This document shows positions 48,474 through 61,414 of a DNA stretch of 64,000 bases, in pieces (positions within the stretch are counted from its first letter, which is position 1; every line of letters begins with the position of its first letter). This stretch comes from Amphiscolops sp. MND2022 (lineage: Eukaryota): NCBI GenBank assembly GCA_964187785.1, contig OZ076409.1:49974001-50038000 (forward strand), in the 5' to 3' direction. A program made the position numbers and the translations under genes. The notes below the pieces were generated by a model. That model made no database searches, had not been told where the DNA came from, and saw only the letters and a list, made by a program, of their open reading frames with translations.

Positions 48474-49549
48474 TTGGAATGCATAAAACTTCAATTCAAG
48501 TTCCCATCACCATCTTATTGATGTCATTTTTCATTTTTTTCATTCCAAGGTAACGATTTTTGAAGAAGTCGCGGTAATTTCGATCATTTTCTACGAGTTT
48601 TTCAGAGAAAATGGAAACGATTGCGATTTTCAAGTTGCAACTTTTTGCAATTTGCATGAAATTTTCCCAATTTTTGAAAAGATGAATAATGTTGGGAACA
48701 TGAAGTTGGACCTTTTCCTTGAGTTGTGGTCTAGGAGTATATCCGGCTGTACAGAAACATTCTATAACGTCCGAACCATCAGAAGAAATACCTTTTTCAC
48801 AGTAAAATGAAAAAGGTGAGCAGGAAAAGTCAGACGATAAATCGCACGCCTTCAGAACTGAAAAACACAGTCAAGAAAGTTAGGCAAGCCCATTCAATTC
48901 TTACACACAATTGCATTTCGATGAAAGTGGAAAATGGAAGACGCCAGTTTGAAAAGTTTTGGAACAATTATTCAGAGTTGAAAATGTTTTGTTTATAAGC
49001 ATGTTCACTAATTTATTTCACGCAGTTTTTGATCCTTTCTATGCAGTCGATGAATGGGGAAAGCAAAAACGTTGGATATAGTTGAAAAAGAATTAATATT
49101 GTTAATTTTAGGACTGTCAAGGACTCCCAAGACCGGTTCTCACACGAAGGATTTTTGTCCTTAAAAATTCTGGATCAGTTTTTACTACGCTTGGAAGTCT
49201 CATAAGGGTTGGCAATTCAAAATGAAAAAATTTGACGGTGAATCGGACCCGGACTTTGGGGGTAGGAACCTTACCTGGACTGACTGGGGGTATCAACTAG
49301 ACTGACGGGGACTCAAAGTTACAACTTTGAAATTTTTTTGGAGAATCAATTTCAAGAGTGCTTTGAATAACTAACAGATTGAAAGTTTTTGTAAGTTCTG
49401 CCAGAGGTAGCAGCTGGAAAGAAAACAACTTCTTCACTTCGAGAAATGAAGTTACACGGGTTGCCATCCCAGGGATTTCTTAGTCTGAGGCCAAATCTGG
49501 CCCCAGCTTTGACAGAGCAAAAATGCGTGACAAGATTTTGGTACGGAAT

Positions 49550-49725
49550 CATTGACCCAAACGTGACACACACTAACAAATGTCTGACCCAGACCTCACC
49601 CACACTAAGAACTTTCTGGCACAGACCTGACCCCAGACTACGAAATCCGTGGCCATGACCTCACCCACACTAAGAATCGTTTGGCTCAGACTTGACCCCA
49701 GAGTACTAGGAAATCTCTGGCACGA
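49550..49725. repeat. Short tandem duplication (GACCTCACCCACACTAAGAA..GACCCCAGA)
   Basis: The unit is seen twice, plus partial copies. Confidence 0.6.
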
Positions 49726-50419
49726 AATTTTGATGCCAAAGAGTTTTAAGGTTTTGTCGTCTTGGGCCTTATCTGTGCTCAGAGTAAGTAATCTCAGGGT
49801 ACTATGTTGAGAATATATTTTTTGTTGCCTCTGTGGACCAGCTCTGACATACCAAAGATGTCTAATCTACGTCTGTCTGGGGTGTCATTGTCAGGATTTT
49901 TGTGAAACCTGGCGATCTCCAAAAAGACTGTATATTGTCGTTTTACCACGAATTTACTTGGTCTGTTATTTGCTATGGCTTATTAGTTTATGGCAAAGCG
50001 GCGAGAACTTTGAAAAAATTGAAATGGCATAGAGGCGAATTATCAGAGCTAATTTCTTCAAAAAAGTTTGATAGTTTACACGAAACTTTGCGGGAAACTG
50101 AACTCAATACTTATTTGGAGTAATTCAATATAGATGTTTTCGGGAAATATTTGATCAGTGAAGATCTAATGGAATTACTAAATTTTCAAAGCACGTCGTT
50201 GATTCGAATCAGCAAAGAACGCGAGGATCAAAAAGAGGCTCTTGCTAACACCCTACAGTCGAACAAAAAGTAAATCAAAATAGGTTGTATATACACCAAT
50301 CAAAAATTTAAATTGGTTGCTTTACATGAATTTGATACCTGTTGATACCGAAACCATATCTCAGAGACAAACCGAAACTTACGTGAAAAACGTAAATAGA
50401 CTATGTATAATAGATAGCC

Positions 50420-50872
50420 TATGATCTGGCAGTTTGTTCAAAACTGGTACTAAACTGAAAAATCTAAAAATTTTGTGTGATATTGGTGTGTTTGTATGAA
50501 TCATTTTGAGTTAAAATACGAAAAGTAGTGACTAATATTGTGTTTGTTCAGTCATCCACTTGAATTTAATTCAAGAAGAGATGCCGCGATTCGCGTCAAG
50601 AACAAACTCGTGGAGTCCAGGAAATTTATGATTTCTGCAATCTGATTGGTTCATTTCGCAAAACTTACGTTTTTGTGGAATCCGGGACACCGCTGCATGC
50701 CGACAGTTCGTACAGCTAAGCATTTGTTACTGGAATCCACGACTAAATCCGTGGAATCCGGGACAAATGACGTAATTTGCCAATTTTGCACGGTTAAAGG
50801 TATGGTCGTGGAATCCGAGGTATTGAACGCACTATGTTGCGCTTTGAGCAAATAAGGCTTGCCTGTGCACTC
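50420..50872 (+). mobile_element. Truncated copy of the TA-TSD MITE at 24898-25980
   Basis: Aligns to 25530-25980 and ends TTGCCTGTGCACTC|TA. Confidence 0.85.
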
Positions 50873-51099
50873 TAATGAGTAGTCGTGAATGACTACTGAA
50901 TCAATATGAGTTGATCTGAAGTTTGGTTCTATCATGCCCAGGAAGAAACTCGAAGAGCGTATTATGCTCCTACTCTGTCCTGCTTGAACAATTTTTAATT
51001 TCGGTATGATGATTGTCATAATGTTTTAAATATACCTTCAAGGAGATAGAACTTTCACTTTCATGAAACTAATGATGTAAACCATGAAACATTTGCGGC

Positions 51100-51270
51100 G
51101 GTCAGGAAAACCTGTGCTATTAGAAACTGCGTCACATGAACTTGTTTGATGTGGTTTTGCGCACTCCACGTTCAGCTGTACACCTTGAGATTTTGATGCC
51201 AGGTCACACTTAGATTTAGTCACTCCCTTCAGGCATATCGAAACAGTGGTTCCTAAAATCAAACTCATTC
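51100..51270 (-). pseudogene. Possible degenerate C-terminal-half exon
   Basis: LILGTTVSIC..C..QLNVECAKP resembles LLSTKIKVC..C..WVNLTCATP. The acceptor phase does not fit. Confidence 0.35.
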
Positions 51271-51517
51271 TTCAGAAATTCTGTGAGGTTCAAATTTGGG
51301 GAGACAAAAAACGCATAGAATACGAATAAATATTAACTAAATGTTGATTTAAGAATAGATATGTGTAAATATATTTTTTGTTTTCTCTCACTTTTTTCAT
51401 TTTTACAGGGACGCAAAATTTGTGAGAAAATCTGTATTCTTACTATATTTTCCGTTTTGAGTATACATGAAACCTTTCGCAAAACAATCAAATCTTTTCT
51501 TGCTATCATGCATAAAC

Positions 51518-51733
51518 CTGATTGGAGGACTCTTGTGATTATCAATCGTGAAAGGTAAATGTCAGCAGCCACCCACTCATCGTCCCAGACAATGGAAGCC
51601 GATGCCGTGTTGCTCACTCCTCCAGGCACCCCCACCTTGCTGCTCCAGATGTCATCGCTAGAGAAAATTTCTGGCAGAATGGCAAAGATGGGAGACAGAT
51701 CATGTTTTTCCAGTTCAATCAACACTGAGTCAA
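51518..51733 (-). CDS. Probable host exon: divergent N-terminal half of a further lectin-like domain
   Basis: Strong acceptor ttcttcttttcag and an open GC-richer frame; WVAADIYLSRLIITRVLQS resembles WATFTISLSKVRRISILNRFDQS. The donor is weak. Confidence 0.5.
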
Positions 51734-52574
51734 CTGAAAAGAAGAAAACCTCATTGAATATCCATCAGTAACTCAAAGGCAAATTTGATTTTAGTATGTA
51801 AAAGGAGTTGCTTTTACTATAGTAATAGTTAAACCTAACATACAATAAAATAAAAGTAAATATGCTAACTGAACACAAACACATTTTTGGAAATTACATT
51901 CCTGAGAAAAAAATAAAACGTGACTGAAAACACCAGTCAAATGAACTTCGTTTTTCGTTGATTTGAACACTATGAAGCTTTGATTGCGTAATATCTTTTT
52001 CAAAAAAAGAATGATTTGGTTGATTGGAGTTGTCAATCAGATTAAAACCAACATTTTTCGAAAGATTTTTTTTTCATTTTGAAGACAAGAGAAAGAGTTT
52101 TTACAGAAGTTGCAATCCTGGTGAGGAGAGGTGTATTCTACTGACTAACGCAGCGTAGATTTTAAGTTTTCGGTTGCCTTGGACCTTTTGGAAGAAAATT
52201 CAGAGTTTTGTAGATTTTGTAAAACTTTGTTCCCGTAAAGTCAATATTTCACCGTAGCTGATTTCGAAGTAGCTAGATAAATTTGAGTTTTGATGAATAT
52301 TAGTTTGATTGCTGGAAGAGTAGTAATTTTCCGTCAGTGTTTTTTCCTGAGATGAAACTTTGTTCTATACAAAAGGAAGAGGAAAAGGGTGACCAGCTGT
52401 CATCCATGGAAAATCGAGAAAATCGGAAGTGATTCCTGTAACCGAAAGTGTCAGGATTAGGAGATCACCTGAACTTGAGCAAATTGCTAATATTTTGTTT
52501 ATGGCAATGAAAAGGATTCTACAGAAGTTTTTTCAATCACATTTCAACTCGTGTAGATTGCTGATTGTTGGCAG

Positions 52575-52886
52575 CCCTAGGTTACAAGAATCACAAATCT
52601 TGCAAAATTCTTACAAGAATTCTTGTAAGATCTTGTAAGAAAATGCATTTTTAGAATCTAACTCTTGCAAAAATCTTGCAAGATTTGCATTTTTCTGATC
52701 AGAATCTTACAAAAATTGCAAATTTTGCAAAATTTTTGCAAGAATCTTGCAAGAAATATAGTGCTATGTACCAATCTTGCAAAAATTGCGATTCTCTTAC
52801 AAACTTGTAAGATCCTTGTAAGAAATGCAAAGTTGGCAAGAATTTTGGAAGAATTTTGCAAGATTTGCGATTCTTGTAATCTAGGG
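52575..52886. mobile_element. CMC/EnSpm-like MITE
   Basis: TIR CCCTAGRTTACAAGAATCRCAAATCTTGC, TSD AG, and TCTTGCAAGA repeats. Confidence 0.85.
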
Positions 52887-53299
52887 AGTGCTTTTATATG
52901 AAAATGAATTTTAAAACTCTTGTTATATTAGCAGGAAAAAGATGATTAGGCAAAACCGAGAGAGTTGGTAAGCCTCATAGAGGTGACGTTACAAAGTAAA
53001 GAACGAATTTTGATAATGTAGTGGTTTCATTATTCATTGAAATATTATAGAGAAAACTGTAAAGGCAACAAGAATTGAACAATGTCTGCTTCGGTATTTT
53101 GGCGAACACAACATTCTGCAAAGGATGATTTTTGTGTCGTTTTGACGACAATTGAAAACATGAACTTGGACCATTGTTTGCATATGTTATTCAATCAAAA
53201 GTTAGCGCCTTTTTTACCTCAGCTTTTGGCCTCCGCTTTATCTCCTATACTACAGGATTGAAAAAAAAATCATACAATTAACAGCAGGAATAACTAAAA

Positions 53300-56200
53300 A
53301 CTTTACAGTAGGATTGGCTGAAATGTTACATGGTTTTCAAATTTTGATGTTTATGTGTTCCAGTTTAGGTTTTGGCATCGTTTTTTTTCGTTTCAGATTA
53401 AAGTTTGCCAGTGCCAGTCATTCCTCCATTCATCTATTTCTTCTTGAGGCATCTCAGAAAGTTGGAATGCTCTTCAACTCCTCCCTTATCTCCTCTGCGG
53501 TTCGTGAGCCGCCTGGTGCGCTTTCTTCTTCTTCAACATTGAATACCAACACATTTTGTCCGTATCAGACAGCCTTACTTTTTGATCTTTGACTGTGCGT
53601 GGACGTAAATGCTGACAGATTTATTCCTTTGTAGTTTGTTTTTCGCTTTCTTCCGATACTTTTTCTTCGTGTGAGGAGCTGTGCCGAATTTTTCTTCTTG
53701 TTTTTCTGTAGGCCCGCAAGTAATGTTTTCGACTTTGCCTGTATTCTTGGTGATCGAGCTTTCTTTGGGGTATTTTGTGCTTGACTATCCAGATAATCTA
53801 AAAACTTCAAGGGTTTGTTGAGCTCCATTTCACTCTGAGCAACAACTTCTTTCAATGCAGCAATTTTTTGTTGAAGTGATTGGCTATTGCCTCGCTTTTT
53901 CAGTGTCTTGAGGCTATAGGACGCGCTTTTCTTCTTGCTTGATTTGGCAATGTCTCTTACAAAACGTGGTGCCCTCTGGTGATGGCGAGTGTAACGGTGT
54001 GGCTCGATTCAGTCAAAACCGTTCCTCTTTTCTTTTTCAATTGTTTCTTCATTTCTTTATACTTTGCCTCTTAGTAAAATTGTGGAAGGATCACTTTTGG
54101 TGAATGAAACTGTGGAATGAATCACAATTCCGTCAATCGTCGTTTTCTGAAATGTTTTTCGTTTTTCGGTGATAATTTCTACTCTGGTATTCGGTTATTG
54201 TCTAAATACCTTTTACCGGGCTATTTCAATTGGTTGTCGCTGCCGTTCTCAGAGCAAACAAGCGGCGCGACAGGAGGGCGTTTTTCTTTTCGATGATAAT
54301 TATTCTATCAGCATTTAAGCTTTTTGCATAGTTCGAAATAGTCGTTCTACTTGGGTTTTTCTATAGTGGTCGCGTGCCGGAAACTCGATGTGTTTCATGA
54401 AGTGTTCCTTGTAGAATCGTTCAAATTTTTGGCTCCGGAATACAGTTGCAGGATCAGTGCGTAGGTTTTTTGGAATACAGAATAGAAATATAAAAAAGTT
54501 TGGAAAAAAGTACCCTTTCTGCAGTTGGTCAAAGTTAGTGTTGAGACATTTATTTCTTATAAAGCAGTGTTCAGACAGTTATTTCCGTTATTCCTCCGCG
54601 GCTCTTTACCGTATTCAGACTGCTTTTGATTTATTTTCAGTTTTTTCGCTTCTTGCTGGCATTCGCTACAGAATTGAACAAATAGGACGATATCTCGGTG
54701 GATTTGTGTCCTTCAGACGTCTGCCACAGAATTGAACATAACATTCCTCAAATGCAGGCTCCTCTCTATGGGTTTCTCAGCTCCGACGGAATAACCAATC
54801 GTTCACCAAGCAAAATAAGTCAATTTAGTCCGAGCTCAGGTCGTTTAGTCACTGTTGCAAGGCTTATGAGACTTTCTTCTGATCGAAGTGTTTCAGGTAT
54901 GCGACTGCAGAAGTGGGTCGTGCTCATGCCTCCCCGCGATAGTGTCTCCTCCAATTCATTGCATGCTTGATTTTAGGGGATTGGTAGACTTCTATCTACA
55001 AGTGCGATTGTGAAGGACCCTTTCACATGCGTTTCAACAACTATGTCATGATGTTTCGCGTTTCGCTCTTATCACGCTTGCCTTCAATGTTCAATTGCTC
55101 GTTGAATTTTTCGTTGATTGTTTTTTCAATTGATGCCGCGCCACCGCGACATTCGTTTACGCCTCCGCACTTCGAATTCTCGCTTTCGTCATTCCCATTT
55201 TGGATTGGTTGGCGGCCGTTGCTGATTGATTGACTTCTGAGTCGCCAGCAGTGAAGTCTCCATCTAGCACAACGTCAACAGTGAACCTGTTACGCAAATT
55301 AGCAAATTAAGCTGGATTTACTGAGCTTTTGTTTACTGGGGTTCATTTCTTGACAGATACTCCGCCATAACGAGTGTTAATTCGGAGCCAAATGTGACTT
55401 TGATGTCGAAGGTAACAAACAGTCAACCCAGTTTGTGAGCCTGCTAGAATATGTTTTACTCGCTTTGTAGTCGACGCTTTTCCAGAGAAGAGAGTCAACT
55501 ACAGTCATGTTTTTAATTGAATTTTTAATACATTAATTTTTCGATAAACATGAAGTGATCAAAGTAGTTCTGCCACAAAAGTTCTCCAAAGTTTTAGAAA
55601 GACACCAAACTGTACCTGTTGGGCTAAGGAACTGAACCAAAAAGGTTTCCCGCGTAGTATACAACACCGGACGATGCCAAAGGGTCCCCACTGTCGGATT
55701 TTTTCGGCATTGCGAGACCTTTTTTCGGGATTTTGTTTCTCAAAGTGTCCCCCCTTCAGTTTTTTGGGGGGTTTGGGCGACAGATTGGATGTTGGAACAG
55801 GCTAAAGGGTCCCTTTCAGTTTTTTGGCATTGTGAGACACTTTTTTCCTTTTTATTTTTATGGAAGGGTCACCTATTCATCAATACTTTTACCATTTGAA
55901 GTCCTTTTGCTATTTTGAGCCCTAGATATGGCGCTGACTCAGGCCGGTCACGGCTTGTTTCTTTAGTTGTTCCAATTTCTTCGTGGTCTAAGTATGTTTT
56001 GAACAGGACGCCATATAGGTAACCACGAAAGGTATCATCCGACCACACTATGGCGTTTTTTGAGTCACATGTATTTTGAATTCTTCGACTGGAGGTCAGT
56101 TAAAAATCGTAAAGCAAATTATATCGGTTCCAATTTACAAAGTTCTTGTTGTTGGAGTACTGCTCTCAGGCCAGCTTTACTTGTACCTGGGTTATACGCA

Positions 56201-58019
56201 ATAGACAATTTATTTTGAAACAGTTGAAACTGTTACGGTCTTTGTTTTTTCTGTTGCTTTCTGTTGCTCCTTACCCCTGTCCCACTTGTTGTCTTCCTTC
56301 AAAAAACCTCTCAACGGAAAACACATTTTTGCTTGATCCAGGATAAACTCTATGGATTCTTTTACTACTCCCGAAAACTAGCTGTCTTGAAGTTGTTTTG
56401 AGATCGTGTGGCTTCATCGTTCTGAAGTTCTGCGGAACATACTGTTTATCGGTTCCATGGCTTGTTGCGATAGATCGTATCCAACACATTCAGTGCTGCC
56501 CTGCGGAAATGCACGTTTCAAACTTCAGACTGTTGTTGGTTTCGTCATATCTTCTCAGTACTTTTCAAACTTTAGTTTTGAGCATTTTTGTTCAGACGAC
56601 AAGAATGTCCACTATGAAGGGAAACGTATTTGAACTACCTGCAAGGGTTAGATTTATGATGCGTTGAAAGAAATTCAGTTGGTATGGTTGTGAGGCCAAG
56701 GAATCCTGCACAAATCTGTAAATCCCAATCGCCTCACCCCCATCATTTGGGAATTTTACAGCCCCAACGTTGCTTCGCCTAATTCTATCCGTCCATATGA
56801 GTACGTCATGACTAACATGTATCACGTTGTGAAGAATATGCTTCCAAACTCTCTTTTCACTTGCTCTGTGTTAATTTTCATGATAGTTTACACAATGTGT
56901 TTTTTCAGAACTTTGGCGTCCAGGCAGTTTTATATTTTTTACCTTTATAACTGTAGGTTGTAGGAAGTCGTCTTCCTTAATCGTTCCCACTTTGACTTTG
57001 GGTCTATATTGCAGTAGGCGATTCAAATCTTCCCCTACTTATTCTTGTACTTGGATGGGTTCGCGGCTGCCTTTTTGTTGGTTACCCACTGTTCCTTCGT
57101 GAAACCTCGCATGTATTTTATGATGTTTTATTCTGCCTTTTTTTAAAGGGATTTGAAAGTTGTGTTTTCATCTTTTCTGTTCACCAGTTCGTTGGCTCTA
57201 CTGTATCTTTGATTAGAAAATATACGGAATTGCGCGACTTACACTTTGTTATTGCTCAATGGAATGTTTGTAAATTCTTCAGACGGTCTGTTCTAATTGC
57301 AGATTGTGCGCCCCTGCGTGCCACCATTTTTCTCGCGTTTCGTATATACTTGCCACCCCCCTCTAGTTCACAAAGGATGTATTCCAAAAGATTTACTTGT
57401 ATTTTGTTGAAATCCACGTATTTTTCATCTTTTGGCAGTTGCTGGGAAAGCAATACGTCGTATTGTAGGATCTTCTGGAGTTCATCATGACTGATAATGA
57501 TAACCGGAGACTCCGAATCTATCATAAGGCAACACTTCCTCCAGTTTATCTTTCCTTTCATCATGATCACCCCATCGTTTCCAAACACATTCTGCTCTTC
57601 TTCTTCTTCTTGTTTTTCTTCTTTTTCTTGTCTGCTTCTGCTCTGACGCAATTGATCTGCCGCAGCGCTTGTTTCTTTGAATTCTGTTGTTTTGATGTCT
57701 TCGGGCAAATCTTTCCAAAAATGACCAACTGTTATTATACACTTCATTCCTTTTGCATGGCACACTTCCAGACGTTCGAGTGTATATTTCTGGTTTCGCA
57801 TTAGATACAGTTTTTTTCTCAGTTACCACGCACGCTGGTTCAGTTTTTGTGTCTACTTTTGGTTCTCCATATGATTTGTGATGCAATGGCGAATACCAGT
57901 GTATCTTCTGGTTTGCTTTCACCTCGGTGCACAAATTCTCCGGTGATGCCACGAATTTCATATCGAGAACGAAAATAGCATGGGCAAGGCTCTCTGTTTG
58001 TGCCTCAAAACTGTACTCT
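53300..58019 (-). mobile_element. Heavily decayed Gypsy (Mag-like) element E3
   Basis: gag knuckle remnant VCHAKGMKC..VGHF, protease-like MIDSESPV..YVDFN, RT remnants GGEAIGIYRF and NTFPFIVDILVV, and RH/IN-like remnants downstream. Boundaries are approximate. Confidence 0.75.
55464..55960 (+). mobile_element. HINE-like element inserted in E3
   Basis: Same ends and AAAGGGTCCCC core as the other copies. Confidence 0.7.
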
Positions 58020-58877
58020 CCCAGTGACACGAATCTTGGTAGCCTTGCCAAGATCTTGGAAAAACATGGAAACGCATGGTAGGCTTACCAAGACGCATGG
58101 AAAAACATGATGCATGCTACGCTTGGTAAGATCTTGGCAAGATCTTGGCAAGATCTTGACAAGCGTTCCATGTGGAAATGCTTGCCAAGATCATGGCAAG
58201 ATCATGGCAAGATCTTGACAAGATAACCATGGTAAGACATGTAAGCTGGTATTAATTGTGCATAATTTATTCTTTTCGCAAAAATTCTTTGTCGTCTGCA
58301 ATTTTTGAATTAGCCATTGTAATAACTTTGGACATAATATTTATTGATTGAAAATAGTTTTTAATTGAAAATTATCCAAAATTTGCTCAATAATTCGCTG
58401 CACCTATTGACCGAGTTTTGTTACTTGAGAGCACGGCATTGTTACTACTAACATGACTTATCATACCAAGCAAACTCCGAATCAAGTTATTGCAACTTGC
58501 GGGTTTGCGATATCGGTGTGAAAACCAACTTTTCTAGCGATGATTTGTTTAAAATTTTGCAAATCATGCTATTACCTGATCTATTGAGGTAACGGGTTCT
58601 AATTACTGAATCTTGGAATGCTTTGCAAAATGCATGAAAAAATCCTGGTTGGATTGGCAAGATGGATAGAAAAATCTTGGTATGCTTGGCAAGACACATG
58701 GAAAAGCTTGGTAAGATACATGGAAAATCTTGGTACGCTTGGTAAGACGCATGGTCAGCCTTGCCATGATCTTGCATGATCATGGTAGCCTTGGTAAGAT
58801 CTTGGCAAGATCTTGCCAAGATCTTGGCAAGCATACCCATGCATCTTGGCAAGCGTGCCAAGATTCGTGTCACTGGG
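58020..58877. mobile_element. CMC/EnSpm-like MITE
   Basis: Perfect TIR CCCAGTGACACGAATCTTGG, TSD CT, and CAAGATCTTGG repeats. Confidence 0.9.
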
Positions 58878-60689
58878 CTGATACCATTCCATTTAAACTA
58901 TGTCACACTTTTCCCGTGTTTCCGATGTCATTTGGCAAAAATCGGCAGCTATCCAATGTTCTTATACAGTTTGTATCGAATGTGGAGAATATGACAACAG
59001 TCTCACCAAAAAGCCCTTCACAATGACTCAAGAGTTCCCCCGAAGAGGTAAGACTGAAAAATCCTAATCACCGAAGATTCCAAAATATACATGACATCTC
59101 AATCAAATTTCGGGTTTAAAAAATTCCAACTTTGTCATTTGTTTGTCGGAAAAAGCATAAATCCAAAACTGTTCTAATAAAAAGGCTATTGACGCATTGG
59201 TAGCCCACTAATATTTCATATAAAACGTCCGAGAAGTTGCGAGCAAAGATGGTTTTTGATCTAGAAACAATGGGAAAAGTTCGGATACTAAAGGTTGAAT
59301 ATGAAGGAATCTATTCAAAGCGTTACAATGTCAAGAGTAAGTTTTGAAAATTTTTTGGAAGATAAAAATTGCGTGACTTTGAAGGTTGAAATCAATACAG
59401 TATCATCGATTTAATGATTCCCCAAAAAATCAATCAAAACATGTTCATTCAAAACTTCAGAGTTCTGATATGAGAGTAAATATGGAAGCTTCAGCAAAGT
59501 TATTTCAACTGTTCAGAGATCGTTCGCAGAAGTACCCTACTAACCATACAGTGTGATGCCATGATGCATGTCCTCAAAGATTTTATAAATCTGAAATACT
59601 CTGAACTCTTAACAAAAGAATTTAGTAAATCTAATTGAATCTAGAAACCAATTATTCTAGAAGAAACTTCTTTTAATATATCCTGTACCAAGCTTCCCCA
59701 ATTCATCCTGTTGATGTCACATTGTAATTGATGAAACCTACCCTAGTTAATAGAATATATCTACTTGGAGAAATTGAGAATTCTTCCTAGCAATCAGTCT
59801 TCTTCCAGCACTTCAAGAACTGAGATCTCAGAAATAGATTGTACTCTGAACTAGCTAGCTACCAAGTATCAGATAAAAGATAAGACGACTCTGCTGTTAA
59901 AATCTTAGACTTCTTATGTCAGTTCTAACTCGTATAAAAGAAACAACTACAAAAACTTTTAACAGCTCAATTGGTGCGACCACGAAAATTCTTCTTTCTC
60001 TCCCATTTATTTCACACATCTACAATTGTTGTACACCTTTCCTCAACTTTCTCATTCGATATCTCTTTGTTCGACACACAGTTTCTCCACCTCTCAATAT
60101 TGCATACCGTTATTAACTTCAACGTTGCAACCAATTTCTACTTGAAATTGATCCGTGTTGCTATGGTTCTGACTGCGTTCATCAACGTAATTCCTGTCAG
60201 TCATACTTCTTGGTTCTGACTACGTTTCTTCACGTAATTCCTGTCAGTTAAATTTTTCGTTCCAACCACCTCTGAGTGAATTCGTGTTGGCTTTCTTCCT
60301 CTCTCTTTCTTTCGTTCCAACCGCAGACGTGCGATACGTGTTGGCCCTTCTACAGTGCTATCCAGCGATTCCTGCTAGTAGAAATCTTTTGGTTCTAGCC
60401 GCTTGGATCAACTTTAAAGTTGGCACACCTATATAACACATATTTTTACATAACATAATTATAATACTTTTCTTATTCTCTCTTCTATACTACCAACCCC
60501 ATACAAAACTCCTTTAAAACTCTCTTACGGATCCAAATATATAACAATTAAAATATATAATACATAATAATCTAAATATATAACATATATCACATCTTTC
60601 TTTATATAACTTTCATTTTTTCATACAACTATATACAACAAATTCCTGTACAACATTTTTAAAAAACTTTAAATAAAACTTTATTGTAT

Positions 60690-60812
60690 ATGCCGCCTTC
60701 AGTAGACACTATAGTTAAACTTTTTGTCTGCTTTTGGTTTTTTGTTGCTATCATTGCTGGTCTTGCACTTTTTCTAGACAAATTTTTAATTTCATTTATA
60801 CCAAAATTTTAA
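60690..60812 (+). CDS. 40-aa hydrophobic small ORF upstream of gag
   Basis: MPPSVDTIVKLFVCFWFFVAIIAGLALFLDKFLISFIPKF*, containing one 18-residue uncharged span. Confidence 0.45.
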   Translation: MPPSVDTIVKLFVCFWFFVAIIAGLALFLDKFLISFIPKF

Positions 60813-60831
60813 AGTACAAGCTTTTCCTTCT

Positions 60832-61359
60832 ATGTTGACAAGTATAGTACTACCTCTTTTTGGACTACTTAGTATATACCACACTTTCAAAATACTTATC
60901 CAATATATACAAAACCCACTTCTTCTTTTCATAAGTATTGTACTTACTATTTTTCTACAAGTTATTTTTATAGATCAAATTTTACCATATAATTCACAAT
61001 TCAATACAAAATATCTTCTTTTCCGATACATCTATCCTTTATGGCAATCCTATTGTACTAATCAAACTTAATATCATATATTGCTCCCCACTCCATTTAC
61101 AGTCTCTACTGATAAAAGACAAAATCGATCTCTTATACAATATGTAACACCTTTTCTACAAAATATTATCTTTCAGTACACTAACCCACTTCCATTTGAA
61201 ACAGAACCCCATATATTACACACTATTCCATTAATACGAGAACATTGTGATTCCTACTTATATTATATCCAATATAAAACACTTGACATAACACCATCAC
61301 AAACCCCTTTCCAAGTTATTTTTAATCCTGTTAAAGGAATAAACTCGAACATTTTATAG
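60832..61359 (+). pseudogene. Probable interrupted N-terminal extension of the E4 gag (hydrophobic segments)
   Basis: ORFs 60832-61071 and 61081-61359 share a frame, separated by one stop. One frameshift near 61340 would join them to gag. Confidence 0.45.
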
Positions 61360-61414
61360 AACTATACATCCACAGAATATTACACTTTCTATACAAGATG
61401 TTTTTCGCACATAC

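Noticed and set aside
52658..52901. Repetitive ORFs such as CKILARN.. and LARSCQDL.. (also 24098-24298, 58487-59026, 614-931)
   Set aside because: These are translations of MITE or HINE subterminal repeats.
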